Made by a program: the position numbers and the translations under genes. The notes beneath the pieces were generated by a model. The model saw only the letters and a program-made list of their open reading frames with translations. It was not told the origin of the DNA and made no database searches. From Blepharisma stoltei ATCC 30299 (Eukaryota; Protista; Ciliophora): a stretch of DNA of 64,000 nucleotides. The stretch's first letter is position 1, and every line of letters starts with the position of its first letter. Of the stretch, positions 23,021 through 36,300 are shown piece by piece. The stretch is from contig CBFDEM010000021.1 in assembly GCA_965603825.1 (NCBI GenBank), forward strand, positions 310,001 to 374,000, read 5' to 3'.

Positions 23021-25123
23021 TTATTTTTGAGTCATAGATGGGTTTGTATTAAATGCATTGGGATTTGAAAAGCTTCCTAAAGAGCTAAATCCAGCACTTT
23101 GAGTACCGAATAATGATTTTTGATCGGACGGAGGAATCAAGCTTGAAGGGAGTTTAGCAGCATTTGAAAATAGACTATTTGATGCTCCAAACAAGCTAAC
23201 TCCAGAAGATGCCTGAGGAAATGTTGGTGCTCCACTACCAAATAAAGAATTGCCTGCTGAAGCACCAAATAGACTTTGTGGCTGGCTTTGTGGAGGTGTA
23301 GTAGTCTGTGCAGGAGGGAATGTCGCTTGCTCTGATGTTTTTGCACCAAATAATGAGCCAGTTGATGGCATTTGAGGCATTGAAGGTGGCTGGGTAATGG
23401 AATTACTTGGAGGCTGCGCTGATGGAAAGCCTGCGAATCCTGGAGATTTCACTTGCAAATCCTTCCCTTGAGTTATTTGATTGATATTTCCAAATAAATT
23501 TTGAGATGAAGACCCGAATAAAGGATTTTTTATTTGTGGCTCCTGGGCAGCTGCTGAGCTTTGGTTTGCGAGATGAGCAGGTGCTGGTGTTTGGCTTGGA
23601 AAAGCAGAAGTTGATGCTAAGTTTGGAAAAGGAGAAGGATTTGATGTCTGGCTTGGGAAAATGCTGGATTGGCTTGCCAAGTTTGTTTGAGGAGCTGACT
23701 TATTATCAGGAGCATTTTGTTTAACTTCAGCTGAAAATCCAAATAAAGATCCCCCTGCAGATTTATCTGCTTTGTTACCAAAAAGAGTATTTCCTCCAAA
23801 TAAAGATCCTGTAGATGGATTTTCGATTTTAGCTGGCTGAGGCGCATTCGAAGTGTTGCCGAATAATGAAAAGCTTGACTTATTCTCTTCAGCTTTGTTT
23901 AGAGTTATAGGCTGCTTTGTCTCTTCTGCTTTAACTGAGTTAGAAAAAAGAGAAGGAGTTGTTGAGGCTGGAGCTGTTCCAAATAATGAAGATGGCTTCT
24001 GTTCTGGATTTTCAGGTAGTTTTGGCGCAGAAATTGTTGCAGAAGTTCCAGAGCTGAATAAAGAGGCTTGCTCTGCTTTTTGGTCAGCTTTTTTGACTTC
24101 TGGAACAGGGAATGCCATTGAGCTTTGAGTTGAAAATAGAGAAGTTTCTGCTTTTTGAGATGTCGGAGGGAATAAAGAAGATTGAGGAGGCACGCTAGAA
24201 GAAGATGGAGGGTTTGGCATTGAAATTTTTGCTGATTCTCCTCCAAAAATCGATGCTTTTTCAGCTGGTTCTTTAGAAAATCCAAATAATGACCCTTTTT
24301 GTGGAGTTTCTTGAGAGGTTGGTGCAGTTTTTGTTTCTTCTTTGATCCCAAATAGACTATTACTTTGTTTTGGAATTTCTTGAGCTACATTGCTCTTATT
24401 TTCTTCAGTTTTCTTTATAGGCTCCGCATTTTTAACCCCAAACAGAGAGCTACTGCTTTGGGATTCCTTCGTAAAAATCCCTGAATTTTGCGGTCCATCT
24501 TTTCCTCCACTCAACATTGGCGGCAGTGTGGTATAAGGGTTTTGCTCAGTAATCTGAACAATTTCACTAGCTTTTTTCTTGGTTTCTGGAGATCCGATCC
24601 TTTTGACAGGGCTATTTGGCATTTCTCTTAATTTTGCATAAAAAGCTTCTCTTCGGTTCTTATGGAAATTAATGTCATAATGAGCAGCATTTTGTTTTAA
24701 ATTGCCTAATGTAATCGCCATAGCTTTTCTCCTTTTTTCTTCTGGGTCTACTCTAGCTTCAGTTTTTCTCATTCGCTTCTGTGCATTACCGTTTTCCACT
24801 ATTTCTATGTCATCTCTTGTCCCAACACACATTTCTTGATGAGCTGGAATTCTTATATATTGATGTTGAGAAACATATGAAGCTGGCTTCAAGGTCCCAA
24901 AAAGAAAATCATGCCCCTGCAATGCTAAATTTTCAGGCTCTTGGGAATTTTTTTCGGTTTTTTGTCTTTTTGTCGGCTGCGGGATAGGGGTGGAAATTTC
25001 TTGATCTTTAGGTTCCCAGTGCTCTTCAAATTTTTTCATAGCTTGTCTGTGGTAATAGAGCATGTAGATAATGGCAGCCATAGCAGTGATAGCTAAGCAT
25101 TTAATGATAGCGTCAATTTCCAT
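23021..25123 (-). CDS. Putative transmembrane FG-repeat nucleoporin (Pom121-like)
   Basis: N-terminal hydrophobic helix AIIKCLAITAMAAIIYMLYY, basic NLS-like clusters, and about 17 (S)LFG-type repeats in S/P/Q/T-rich spacers. Confidence 0.75.
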   Translation of the reverse strand: MEIDAIIKCLAITAMAAIIYMLYYHRQAMKKFEEHWEPKDQEISTPIPQPTKRQKTEKNSQEPENLALQGHDFLFGTLKPASYVSQHQYIRIPAHQEMCVGTRDDIEIVENGNAQKRMRKTEARVDPEEKRRKAMAITLGNLKQNAAHYDINFHKNRREAFYAKLREMPNSPVKRIGSPETKKKASEIVQITEQNPYTTLPPMLSGGKDGPQNSGIFTKESQSSSSLFGVKNAEPIKKTEENKSNVAQEIPKQSNSLFGIKEETKTAPTSQETPQKGSLFGFSKEPAEKASIFGGESAKISMPNPPSSSSVPPQSSLFPPTSQKAETSLFSTQSSMAFPVPEVKKADQKAEQASLFSSGTSATISAPKLPENPEQKPSSLFGTAPASTTPSLFSNSVKAEETKQPITLNKAEENKSSFSLFGNTSNAPQPAKIENPSTGSLFGGNTLFGNKADKSAGGSLFGFSAEVKQNAPDNKSAPQTNLASQSSIFPSQTSNPSPFPNLASTSAFPSQTPAPAHLANQSSAAAQEPQIKNPLFGSSSQNLFGNINQITQGKDLQVKSPGFAGFPSAQPPSNSITQPPSMPQMPSTGSLFGAKTSEQATFPPAQTTTPPQSQPQSLFGASAGNSLFGSGAPTFPQASSGVSLFGASNSLFSNAAKLPSSLIPPSDQKSLFGTQSAGFSSLGSFSNPNAFNTNPSMTQK

Positions 25124-25266
25124 TATTTGTAAATATTATAATGATTTAGTAAAAAGGGAAATTTTTGAGATGAAATGAGCAGTCTCTTCTATAGATATAG
25201 GACCCCAAGTAATATATATTTAGAGAGTAAGTTATAAGAAATAATAATTAATTAAGAGCTTTAGCT

Positions 25267-25896
25267 CTAACAGCATGTGGATTGCGCCTGTTTTGGTCTG
25301 ACTTTCGACAGCTCTATCGGAGGCTTATATTCAATTGTATCATTTTTAACCTGCAGCATTGCTTTTCTTGTGATCGATGTAAAAGCTTCTTTAACATTTA
25401 TAGCATCCTTCGCTGAAGTTTCATAAAAAGGGATATTCCCATTATCCCTGCACCATTGTGCCGCTTTAGCATTCGGAACAGCTCTTTCGTTCTCTTTGTC
25501 AACCTTGTTTCCTAATACAACAAAAGGAAAATTTTCTGGGTCTTTTACGCCTGATTGATTTAAGAATCCTTCTTTTCATTGTTGAATTGTATCAAAGCTT
25601 TTACTAGAAGTGATGTCATAAACTATCACGCAACAGTCAGTTCCTCTATAAAAGGCTGTCCCTAGCGATTGAAATCTCTCTTGGCCAGCAGTGTCCCATA
25701 TTTGAAGAGTAACAGTTCTTCCATCGATCTCTATATCTTTGGTCAAAAAGTCAGCACCGATGGTAGCTTGATATCTTTGATTAAAACGCTGATTGACGTA
25801 TTGATTCAATAGAGAAGTTTTACCGACGCTGAATAGCTATTACGCTGAGTCTCCAATGATGAGGACTTTTAATACATGCTTTCGTCCAGATGCCAT
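25267..25896 (-). CDS. RAB7: Rab7 GTPase
   Basis: [48 protein letters not shown] and C-terminal CC. One intron, one TGA=Trp. Confidence 0.92.
25829..25843 (-). other. 15-nt intron GTAATAGCTATTCAG
   Basis: Interrupts the P-loop and contains an in-frame TAA. Confidence 0.92.
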
Positions 25897-26705
25897 TTTA
25901 TATTATCTCGCCTTTGTAGACAAGCATATATCGACAAGTTTTATATATATGTACAAATTATGCCGAATTGTCCTGAGGGTTTTTAAACAGTTTAATTAGA
26001 TAAAATTTATTTGGAATATAGGCACATGAAGGATAATTATAAATATCTATAAGATAGCTGCGCATTATTGATATTTTTATATAAGATATGATAAGAAATT
26101 TTATAAATAAAAAAGATTAAAAATGGATTTAATAAACAAATAACAAGGAAAGAAAAATTAATAAAATTAATAAAATCACGAAATTTTTTTAATTTTGTAA
26201 ATATTACTATATAAAATCCAAAAAATTTTACAAAAATACCAATTTTATAATCCAATTTTAATTTAAATTAAAAGCTTTGATTATTCTAAAAGCTGCCAGT
26301 GAAGAGCTAGATTCATTATATTTTAACGTTTATTACTTAATTTGTACTAATTAATACCAGAAATTTATTCAAATTATTTATTTCTGATTTTTAAGTTTAA
26401 TCTTCTGTCAGCATTTTCTTCATAAATTAAAATGCCAAAATTTTGGTATCATCTCCATTTTTTCTCATAATTTGAAGTCCACGTCACCTTTTCACTATTT
26501 CTTATCTTCAAATACTCTTTACCGACTTTTCGATTTTTTACCAAAAATTTTTATTTTTATATTTTTCATTACATTTTGAATCTCAAACAAAACCATTTTT
26601 ACCTAACCTATAATTTTTTTCTCCCGCGACCTACCTTCGGCTTATTTTCTTAATTCCCTTTTAACTTTATCGATGCACATTTGAACCATTTATATGTGGC
26701 CATAA

Positions 26706-28046
<1,341 letters not shown>

Positions 28047-28308
28047 ACTAATGGTTAAATTCTTGATTAAAATTAGTCTGACGGCTTCAAGAGTGAATGA
28101 TTCTGAGAAGAGTCAAGTTGGTCCCAAAACACTCCAAGTAATCTTTATAAGCTATGGAAGAAATTATAAGTGTTTGATGAAGTTTCTTATTGGAATCGAA
28201 ATTAACAATTTTTGTCTACAGAAACCTATTCTATTATCGTGAACTCGATGGCAGAGTATAGCCATTATCTCTTAAAACAAAATTCTCAAATGAGATGGTT
28301 TAATGAGA

Positions 28309-28440
28309 GATGAAAAAGCGCAATAACGAGAAAGCAAAATGCTTTATAGATAATCCAAGCTTCATTCGAAGAAAAAGTGATGAAAAAGCGCAATAACAAG
28401 AAAGTAAAATGCTTTATAAATCCAAGCTTTATTCGAAGAA
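28309..28440. repeat. Two-copy tandem duplication, ~70-bp period, intergenic
   Basis: GATGAAAAAGCGCAATAAC(G/A)AGAAAG(C/T)AAAATGCTTTATA...ATCCAAGCTT(C/T)ATTCGAAGAA starts at 28309 and 28379. Confidence 0.85.
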
Positions 28441-28504
28441 TATTAGCTAATTTTTCATAAAATACAATAGTTCTAATTAATTATAATTATTCAATTTATT
28501 GAAT

Positions 28505-29608
28505 TTAAACTGCATTAAACGAGCTCAGCAAATTAATCGCCAAATGGTCACAAGGGCTTTCTTCCACCTCAAGGATTCTAAAATCAAAAGGAACCGTCTT
28601 AGGCTTCATACTTGACTTTCTCGCGCTGTTTGGCGTCGCTAATGGGTTTTCCATACACAAAATTTCGCTTATGCTAATTCTGCTTTCTGGCTCTGGATAA
28701 GTCATCCTCAATATCAAATTTTTTAATTTTTCTGAAACATTCAAGCACTCAATGGGCATCAGCCCAGTTCTTAAATTGTGCCAAGGAATCCCAGAATCAG
28801 GTAGCACAACGCCCGTCGACATTTCAAAAAGGACAAGGCCTAAACTATACACATCTGAAGCAAAACTTGCAGACCCACTCAACACTTCTGGCGCTACATA
28901 TGCAATGTCGCCTTCATTAAGCACTTCATATCCCTCTTCTATCATATGCCCGAAGTCTCCGATTTTGACAACATTTTCTTTCAGGAATAAATTTGAAGGT
29001 TTTATATCCAAATGTATATAATTTTCGCTGTGGATTAAATCCAAGCCTTTGCAGACCTCAAATAGTACTTTTCAAATGATATTTTCTTCAATAAAGTTAT
29101 TTAACGCTAAATAAGTTTTCAATGAAGTGTCACATAATTCCGTTCGAATGTAAATATGCCGGTCTTCTTCCCAGGAGTCAAAATATTGCACTAAATGCCG
29201 CTGGCTGTCAGAAATCACTGAACTTAGATGGGCAAGCTTTTTTACTTCTTTTAAAAAGTGTTCGCGGTCTTTCACACCTCTGCATTTGCTTTTAATTTTT
29301 TTAACTGCGTAGAAAGAATTGGAGCCTCTCTGCAAAACTTTGTAAACAATTGAAAATTCGCCTTCTCCGATTACGCCGTAGCAGTCAAAGTCGCTTGAAA
29401 AGCGAGGCGCTTGGATGAAGTTTAAGTTTTTGGACTCAACGATGTGCTTATGGCCGGTTGTAAAAGAGCGAGCTTTTATCTGTTTTGATGGGGACGGACA
29501 GGTGAGCTCGGGGGGAAATTGGTGGGTTTTAAGCTGGTAGCCGTAATATGTGATGTCGCTTGAGGAATTCTGAGATTTTGGGGTTTTTAAGGTATCAAAC
29601 GCGCTCAT
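28505..29608 (-). CDS. Wee1/Myt1-family protein kinase
   Basis: IGEGEFSIVYK, YAVKK, HLDIKPSN, KIGDFG, EGDIAYVAPE, LPDSGIPWHNLR. Halves joined by EENII-W(TGA)-KVL. Confidence 0.88.
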
Positions 29609-29797
29609 CTTTCAATTTATTAGAAAAGGAATTAAATGATTTTTTATTAAATTGAAATTTAAATTACTTATTTATTCTGTAAAGTATTTTCGATAAGTTA
29701 CTAAAAAGTATCAAGTCAGTTAGACTTGTGATTGTTAAAAATTAAAAAGCATAAGATTTTAAAAATAGTTTAAATATTATTTTGACAGTATAATATC

Positions 29798-30202
29798 CTA
29801 CAGATATTCTTCCCCTATCATACGGATGATTCCTTTCGGAAGCTTGGAACTCCAAAACTTACTGAATTTCATAATAAAAAGATAATATTTTCTTCTGTTC
29901 CAAGGCTTTGAATCTTCGATTCTGACTATCATGTAGTTCAGAATGTCGTTATAGTCTTCATGCAAGCTGCTTAACAGCTGCGAAATATAAATCGGTGTAA
30001 CTCTATCATATAAATCATAAGGGGTCATATAAATATTAGGGCCTTCCATGTCGCCAATTAACCTAACTCCTTCTTTACATTTGTGTACAATTGCTAAATC
30101 AAGAAAAATATGGGTTTTGCCATCTCCATCCCAGTTGATTAGCATGTCTTTGAGCTCATCATAAGGCTTCTGTTCTTTCAGTGCTGTAACGATAACTTCC
30201 AT
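29798..30202 (-). CDS. Hypothetical protein (134 aa)
   Basis: Clean ATG-TAG ORF between AT-rich spacers. Confidence 0.6.
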   Translation of the reverse strand: MEVIVTALKEQKPYDELKDMLINWDGDGKTHIFLDLAIVHKCKEGVRLIGDMEGPNIYMTPYDLYDRVTPIYISQLLSSLHEDYNDILNYMIVRIEDSKPWNRRKYYLFIMKFSKFWSSKLPKGIIRMIGEEYL

Positions 30203-30399
30203 TATAAATTTTGTCAGTTAAAGATTCGCAATTTACCAAAAATTATGATATTTACTTTTTTTGGCTTTGGGAATTTTTTCATTTTAAATCTCTATGTAAA
30301 CAAAAGAGAAGCATAAAAAAATTAATTCTAGACGAAAAAAAGCAAAATGTTTGCCTTAAAAGCCTGGGTTGCATGATAGCCTAATAAAAATGATAACTA

Positions 30400-33300
30400 T
30401 TAATTATTTATGCCTGCTCCAGATCTAATCATAAGTCTTCTTGCGTCTTTTGCAGATGTTTCCAAAGTATAAATTACAGAGGTTGTGTCTTTATTGATTG
30501 CGAAAATCAAGAACTCCTGCCCAGTGGGGTACACCACTGTGATAATATTTTCGCAAACTCTCTTGAACGCTTTGATATTTTCTTCAAAAATATCATAAAA
30601 GCCTACAGCGTTGTTTGTACCGATCAGCAGATTTTCACCTGTTTTATTGAACTGCATGTCATGGACATTATGAATCTCATCTTGATCAATATAGATGTCT
30701 CTGAATTCGCTGCCATTTATAGAAAATATCCTGATAACATCTGGGTAAATACTGCAAGCCACAAGTCCCATCTCGCTGATTGATATAAATTTGCAAGGGT
30801 TCTCGCTCTTTCCAAAAAGCTTTTTTAGACACTCAGCAGAGCGGATATCGTGGAGAAGAACTGTGCCATCATTAGAAAGAGAAACCAAGACTTGATAATT
30901 ACCAGACACAGATAGCTGCTTGATGGCTTCTGTGTGTCCAAGATATAAGTTGTAGGGTTTTGCTTTAGTGGAGTCTGAAAGGAAATTTGACCAGGAAACT
31001 ATTGATGTATCCATTGAGCCTGAAAACAAGAAAGAAGCGGCAGCCACACAGGTGACCAGCCCTGCATGATGGCAAATAGACATAAGCAAATTTCCATTGA
31101 GTTTATGGACTTTGAAAGAGTTGTCAATATGGAACCCTGAAACCAGCTTATCCTCTTCCCAAATGCAAAACTGATAAGGATTATGCTTCAATGTAGAATT
31201 GCTGTCACTTGAGTAGCTATATTTCCACTGGACTCCTTCTTCCCAATCCTCTAGCACTAAATTTGTAACCCCTTCCAAGTCATACTCTCTATAGCTAGAA
31301 AAATCCACCTTCAGCTCTTCAAGGTCTTTCCTTATAGTCATCTTCATCAAAATCAGCTTATTCCCTAGCCCTTTTACACCTATTAAATTTTTGGCAGTTG
31401 GAATAAGTGCATAAATCACTCCTTCAACTTCATAGCACCTGTAATCCATATTTTCAAATCCTGCCTCATTCCTGCATTTTTCAAAAATGGTTAGAGACTT
31501 CGAGACTTTGTCTCTAACAGGGTGCGGGACTTTAAAGAGCTGGACAGGTGTTTGACCGAAATGAACAACTTGTTCGACATAACCTTGCAGAGATTCATAG
31601 TCCTCCTCAGCATTCGCTGCTAGCAGCCTTCTAAACATATCCTCATATGTGATTGAACAAAAAGTGTTATAAAAGTTCTCTGCAGGCTTTCCATGCTGTT
31701 TGTAGCCAAAGATCAAATCAATCCAGTTGTGAAGATTTTGATTCACATACCAGGATTCTAAAGCAAGTCTATGCTTTCTTACGAAGTCTGATGGAGACTT
31801 AGCCCATTTAGGCAGCTCGACGTCGTCTACTTTGATATGATCTTGCCTTACTCCAAAGTTCTCTTTGTTGAGGTTTAAAAAGATTTCTGGAAGATAGAAG
31901 AGCTCAGGCACCATTTCTTTCACATCTCCGCTCGTCCCTTGACCGCTTTCTCAGGCAGCTTCAACTGAGTAGAAAAGCCTGTCAGGAACATCGAAGTGCC
32001 CGCCTTGTAGTGACTGTGCTTGTTCGGTAAATGGATCAAGACGAACTAAATAGTGCAAAACAATTCCAGCGCTTGAATAGTGGGATCCATAGTGAAATGG
32101 CTGAATTTCTTCATCTTTCCACATAGTGAACTTCCTTATAGCTTCTGCTTTGCTTTCTGGGTTCAAAGCTCCGATCGGATAACTCAAGTCTCTGTATACT
32201 CCCGGCTCGTCTAAATTGAGCACATCGATATTGAATTCTTTTATAACCCAAGGAAAGATTGGATATTGGCTGATATCATTAAATGAGCGACTGCTGAGTT
32301 TGTTGAGAATTAGCAAATACTCCATATTGCTTAGCTTTCCTGACTGCCATTGCTTAGCATATGACAATATCAATTTCTGCGAAATTTCTTTGATCACCTT
32401 GACTCCTCCTTTTTCCCAACTCTTCATGCTGTTCAAGGCTTCATCTCGCTTAGCAGTGTCAAAAAGGTTGAACATCATCGATTTCCCATTTCTCAGATAA
32501 ACTTCAATTGCTGTGTGCTGATGGATGAATCTTCGTGGTAAAACTTCAGCCATATCTTGTGTTTCCCAAATTTTTTTAGTCTCACAAGTACGCTGAGTAA
32601 ACTTTAAAGCGCTGCCAAAGTAAGCTCTTGTTTCGGGCTTCTCTTTTCCTTCACTAACGTAGATTAAGTAATTTTGAGATATTTCGATAAACCCGAAGAC
32701 ACTTTGTGTAACACTGATCCATTCGCATTCAAAGCGAACTGTTTGCTTGAGCTCTGTAAAGACTGTGGCAGAAGAAGGTGACTCGTCAAATGGGTTCTGG
32801 CTGGACTCATCTGCTTCACCTGTAGAAGTCATTGTAAGGTCAGTTTCAGCTGGATCTTCACTATTATCATTAACTTCGATATCTACTTTAGCTATGTGTG
32901 ACAGTCTTCCAATTTCAGCCGTGCTTGGAGCACATGATATATTTCTCGAAGAGCTTCTCGCTTTATTTGTAGTCTCAATAAAAGGCATTCTTCCAATTCT
33001 ATCAAAAACTTGTCTAAGCTTATAATGCTCGTGGATCTGGCCTGCCAAAATTATTTTCAGCTTTTCATGCTGCTTAAGGAATTGCCAGTATCTTTTGTTT
33101 AACAGCAGTTTTGCGCGGTCTTGGTTTTGCTCGTAGTTATTATGCAGTTCATTAATGCTTTCTTCTTTAGCTGAGATGTGCTGATTGAGGTTGACAGTTA
33201 AACTATCGTTAGCACCTAAACTCCCTCGGTTTTGGTCCATCCAGCTCGATTTTGGCTTATAGTAATCAGGCAGTCTTACTGTTGAAGAAATAAAGTTCAG

Positions 33301-36300
33301 TTTCATTGAGGTGGCAGCGAGGATAAAGAAATGTACATTCGATATCCAATCAGTAGAGCATAGAAGCGTCTTCAGAGAAGATGCTTGGTCTTTCAAACGC
33401 TTGAGATTATCTGACTGCTCCTTGATTTCAAGCTGGAAGTTGTTAAATAATGGGCAAAAATCTTGCTGAAGATGGACATTCAGATGGTGAATGAACTTGT
33501 TTTTTTCTAGCTGATGGAAGCGAGATCTTGATGTGCTGCAAAAATTGAATTTATACTCTTTCATAAGACTGTAGAGCTCATCAATCTCTTTTTGGGTTAA
33601 GTTGCTGACTAGCTTATTGAGCGATATGTACACTTCAGATTCTTTAATAAATTCTCTTAAAAATTTCAAAAGAGGCTGGTCTGAGCTGAAAACCAAAATT
33701 TCAGTGCATTCAGCTAGCACATAAGCTGCCAGAAAGTCTTGCGAATAAAGTAAATCGCCCATTCGTGGAGGGAAGTTTGCATAGATGCTAGTATGCAACT
33801 CCACAGCTCTTTCGTTGAATCTTTTTTCCCATTCCTGCTTTTGTGGCATGTTAAAAATTAAGTACGGAGATGACATGTTTCCCCCCTTAAGGATGTATTT
33901 TAAGTCATCTATTAGCATCTTTTCTTGGCTGATCCCTAAGCCGATGAAAATGAATTTGAGGATAAGCCTTAGAAATCCTCCTTCTCTCATAAATAGAGTT
34001 GAGTCAGGAATTGATCTGTCTCCAGGCATTTCTTTTAGCAAAGCATTTAGGCTTTCGAAAGAAATTGGAGGAATGTATGGGAAAGTACAGAAGACAAGCC
34101 GCAGATCTTTGCTGATTTCGAGCAAGTTGTGGATAACTGTGCAATAGAGGTTAATGTTGAGTTCTGCTACTCCTATGTAGTCAGGGTGGATTAAGTCTTC
34201 TAACACACTTGAGAAATCCAAAAATAATTCAATATTTTCATTGAATGAGTGAGCAGCGTTTATTTTTAAAAGAAGTTTGAGGTAAAAGTCGAGCGCCTTG
34301 TTGAAGCCATCATGCCTATTTTCTGTTGATATTCCAATCATCAGGGCTCGCAACTTATTAAAGTTTTTCATATGTCTTAAATCACTTAATAAGGATAATG
34401 ACAAGTTTTCCGCTTCAGCGTAGCTTTCTTTGGAATAAAAGCTGTAAATCCACATTGGAAAGTTTTCTCTGTTAAACAGAAGTGTTGAGTATTTTGCGTC
34501 CTTTTCCACTAATAGATTAATATCTCTTAGGATAAAATCTGCTTCTGGGCTCTCAGAAAGTCGTTTAGTTACTAAATCTGCGAACATTCCAAACTTATCC
34601 CCAATTCTTTGATCTGCAAAGTTTGTGAAATTCTGAGCTATTTCAACAATAATTTTATAAGTTTCTTTATGAATGACTCCATCAAGCCTCTTGTCAATAG
34701 CATAGAACAATAAATCAATCATTTCAAATTCATCTCTTGCACTAATAACTGCTGACTTCCTTTCAAGTGGTGACATCAGAGGAATTTCGTTTAGAATAGT
34801 ATTTAAGATTCTCAATGTATGAGCTTGGATTTCAGGAGATTTATTTTTTTCCAGCAAATAAAGCATAACAGTGCAGACATCTAAGATGCAATTCTTTTTC
34901 ATTTTGGCTCTTCTATTGAGCATTTCCAAGAACATCCCTAGGAGCACTTGGTTTTCGTCCATCATTCGGAAAATGACAGCTGTTATTGCTTCTACGTGGC
35001 TACACTCAATTTCTTTGGGGAGAAGCTTTTCAAGGATTTCAAGGACAAATTCTAGAGATGTGTTTTTAATGGAACCTAGATGAGTGTAAACAAGAGAATA
35101 TTTTTCTGGTGTGCATTGAAAATGATAAGGGATATACAGCGAAAGAGTTCCTAAGTAGTTTTCTTGCAAATCTGAAGTCAGTTTTGTCCATAACTTCTTA
35201 TTTAGCAAAAGACTTTTTAACGCCTGAAACTGCCTTTCTGGGTTTCATCCGAGCTTTCCTACAATTTTTTTAATTGACTCCAGCAAACTTTCAGTGATTT
35301 CTGTGATAGATTCTTCAAGGACAAGTCCTAATAAATCAAAAAATTCTTTTGTTATGATGCTTTCTAAAGACTGAGCTTGACAGATATCTCCTATCATATT
35401 TAAAATCAGAACAACTCCTCTATCATTTTTTTCTGAGTCCCATCATTCTTTTATCAGCGGCATCAATATTTTCAACCCCCCATTAGCTGATATTGCTTCA
35501 AGTACAGTCACACCATTGAACCTTTCACACTCGTCTTGCACCATAACTCTCGAAGCAGAGCAAACAGGTAGGCGATTTCTTGGATGCCATTGGAAAACAA
35601 AAGAATTGTAAATTTCTTTGAGCACGATCTTATTGACAACGAAGCTTTCAGAAGTAGAAACTTCTTCTGGGTAGTAATTTAAGTTGTATTGAAAAGAAAG
35701 CCCATATATTTGTGAATAGTGATAATCCAATAGACTTCGGCTAGTGATATAAAGGGAGGTAATTCTCCCAATGAATGGAGACTCCAGCTCAGCGTTATTT
35801 CCACACATCATTTGAGTAAAATTTTCTTTAAGGCAGCAGATTGACCCTTCTATAGACTTTTTATTATTCACTTCTCCGTTGATGCATAAATCAACGTCAA
35901 ATTTGACTCCCATGAATGGAGTTGGGATATAACGAGAAGCTCCCTTGAGGGAAACTCCAATTAGATTTCATTCCCTTTCTAAAAGTTGCCCTGAGCTTGT
36001 GACCTTGAAAACTGATTTTCCGTCAATATATTCTACAGTCATTTTTTGATCAGTCAAGCTGACAGAGAAATAAGAACTCTTGCCATCAGAAAACTCTAGA
36101 AAGCAGCTGCTATAAGAGTCAAGCTTTTCAGGATAAATTCACGCAAAGATAGAAAATTCTTTTTTTGGAGGAAGGAATGAAAAATCTTCATCAGTTGTGC
36201 ACTTTAAAAAGCATTTAGGATACCTGAAGCAGAAATATCTGGTAGGCGATAGCCCAACATGGTTTTCAAACTTTATATGGTCTATAGGCACAAAAGAGTT

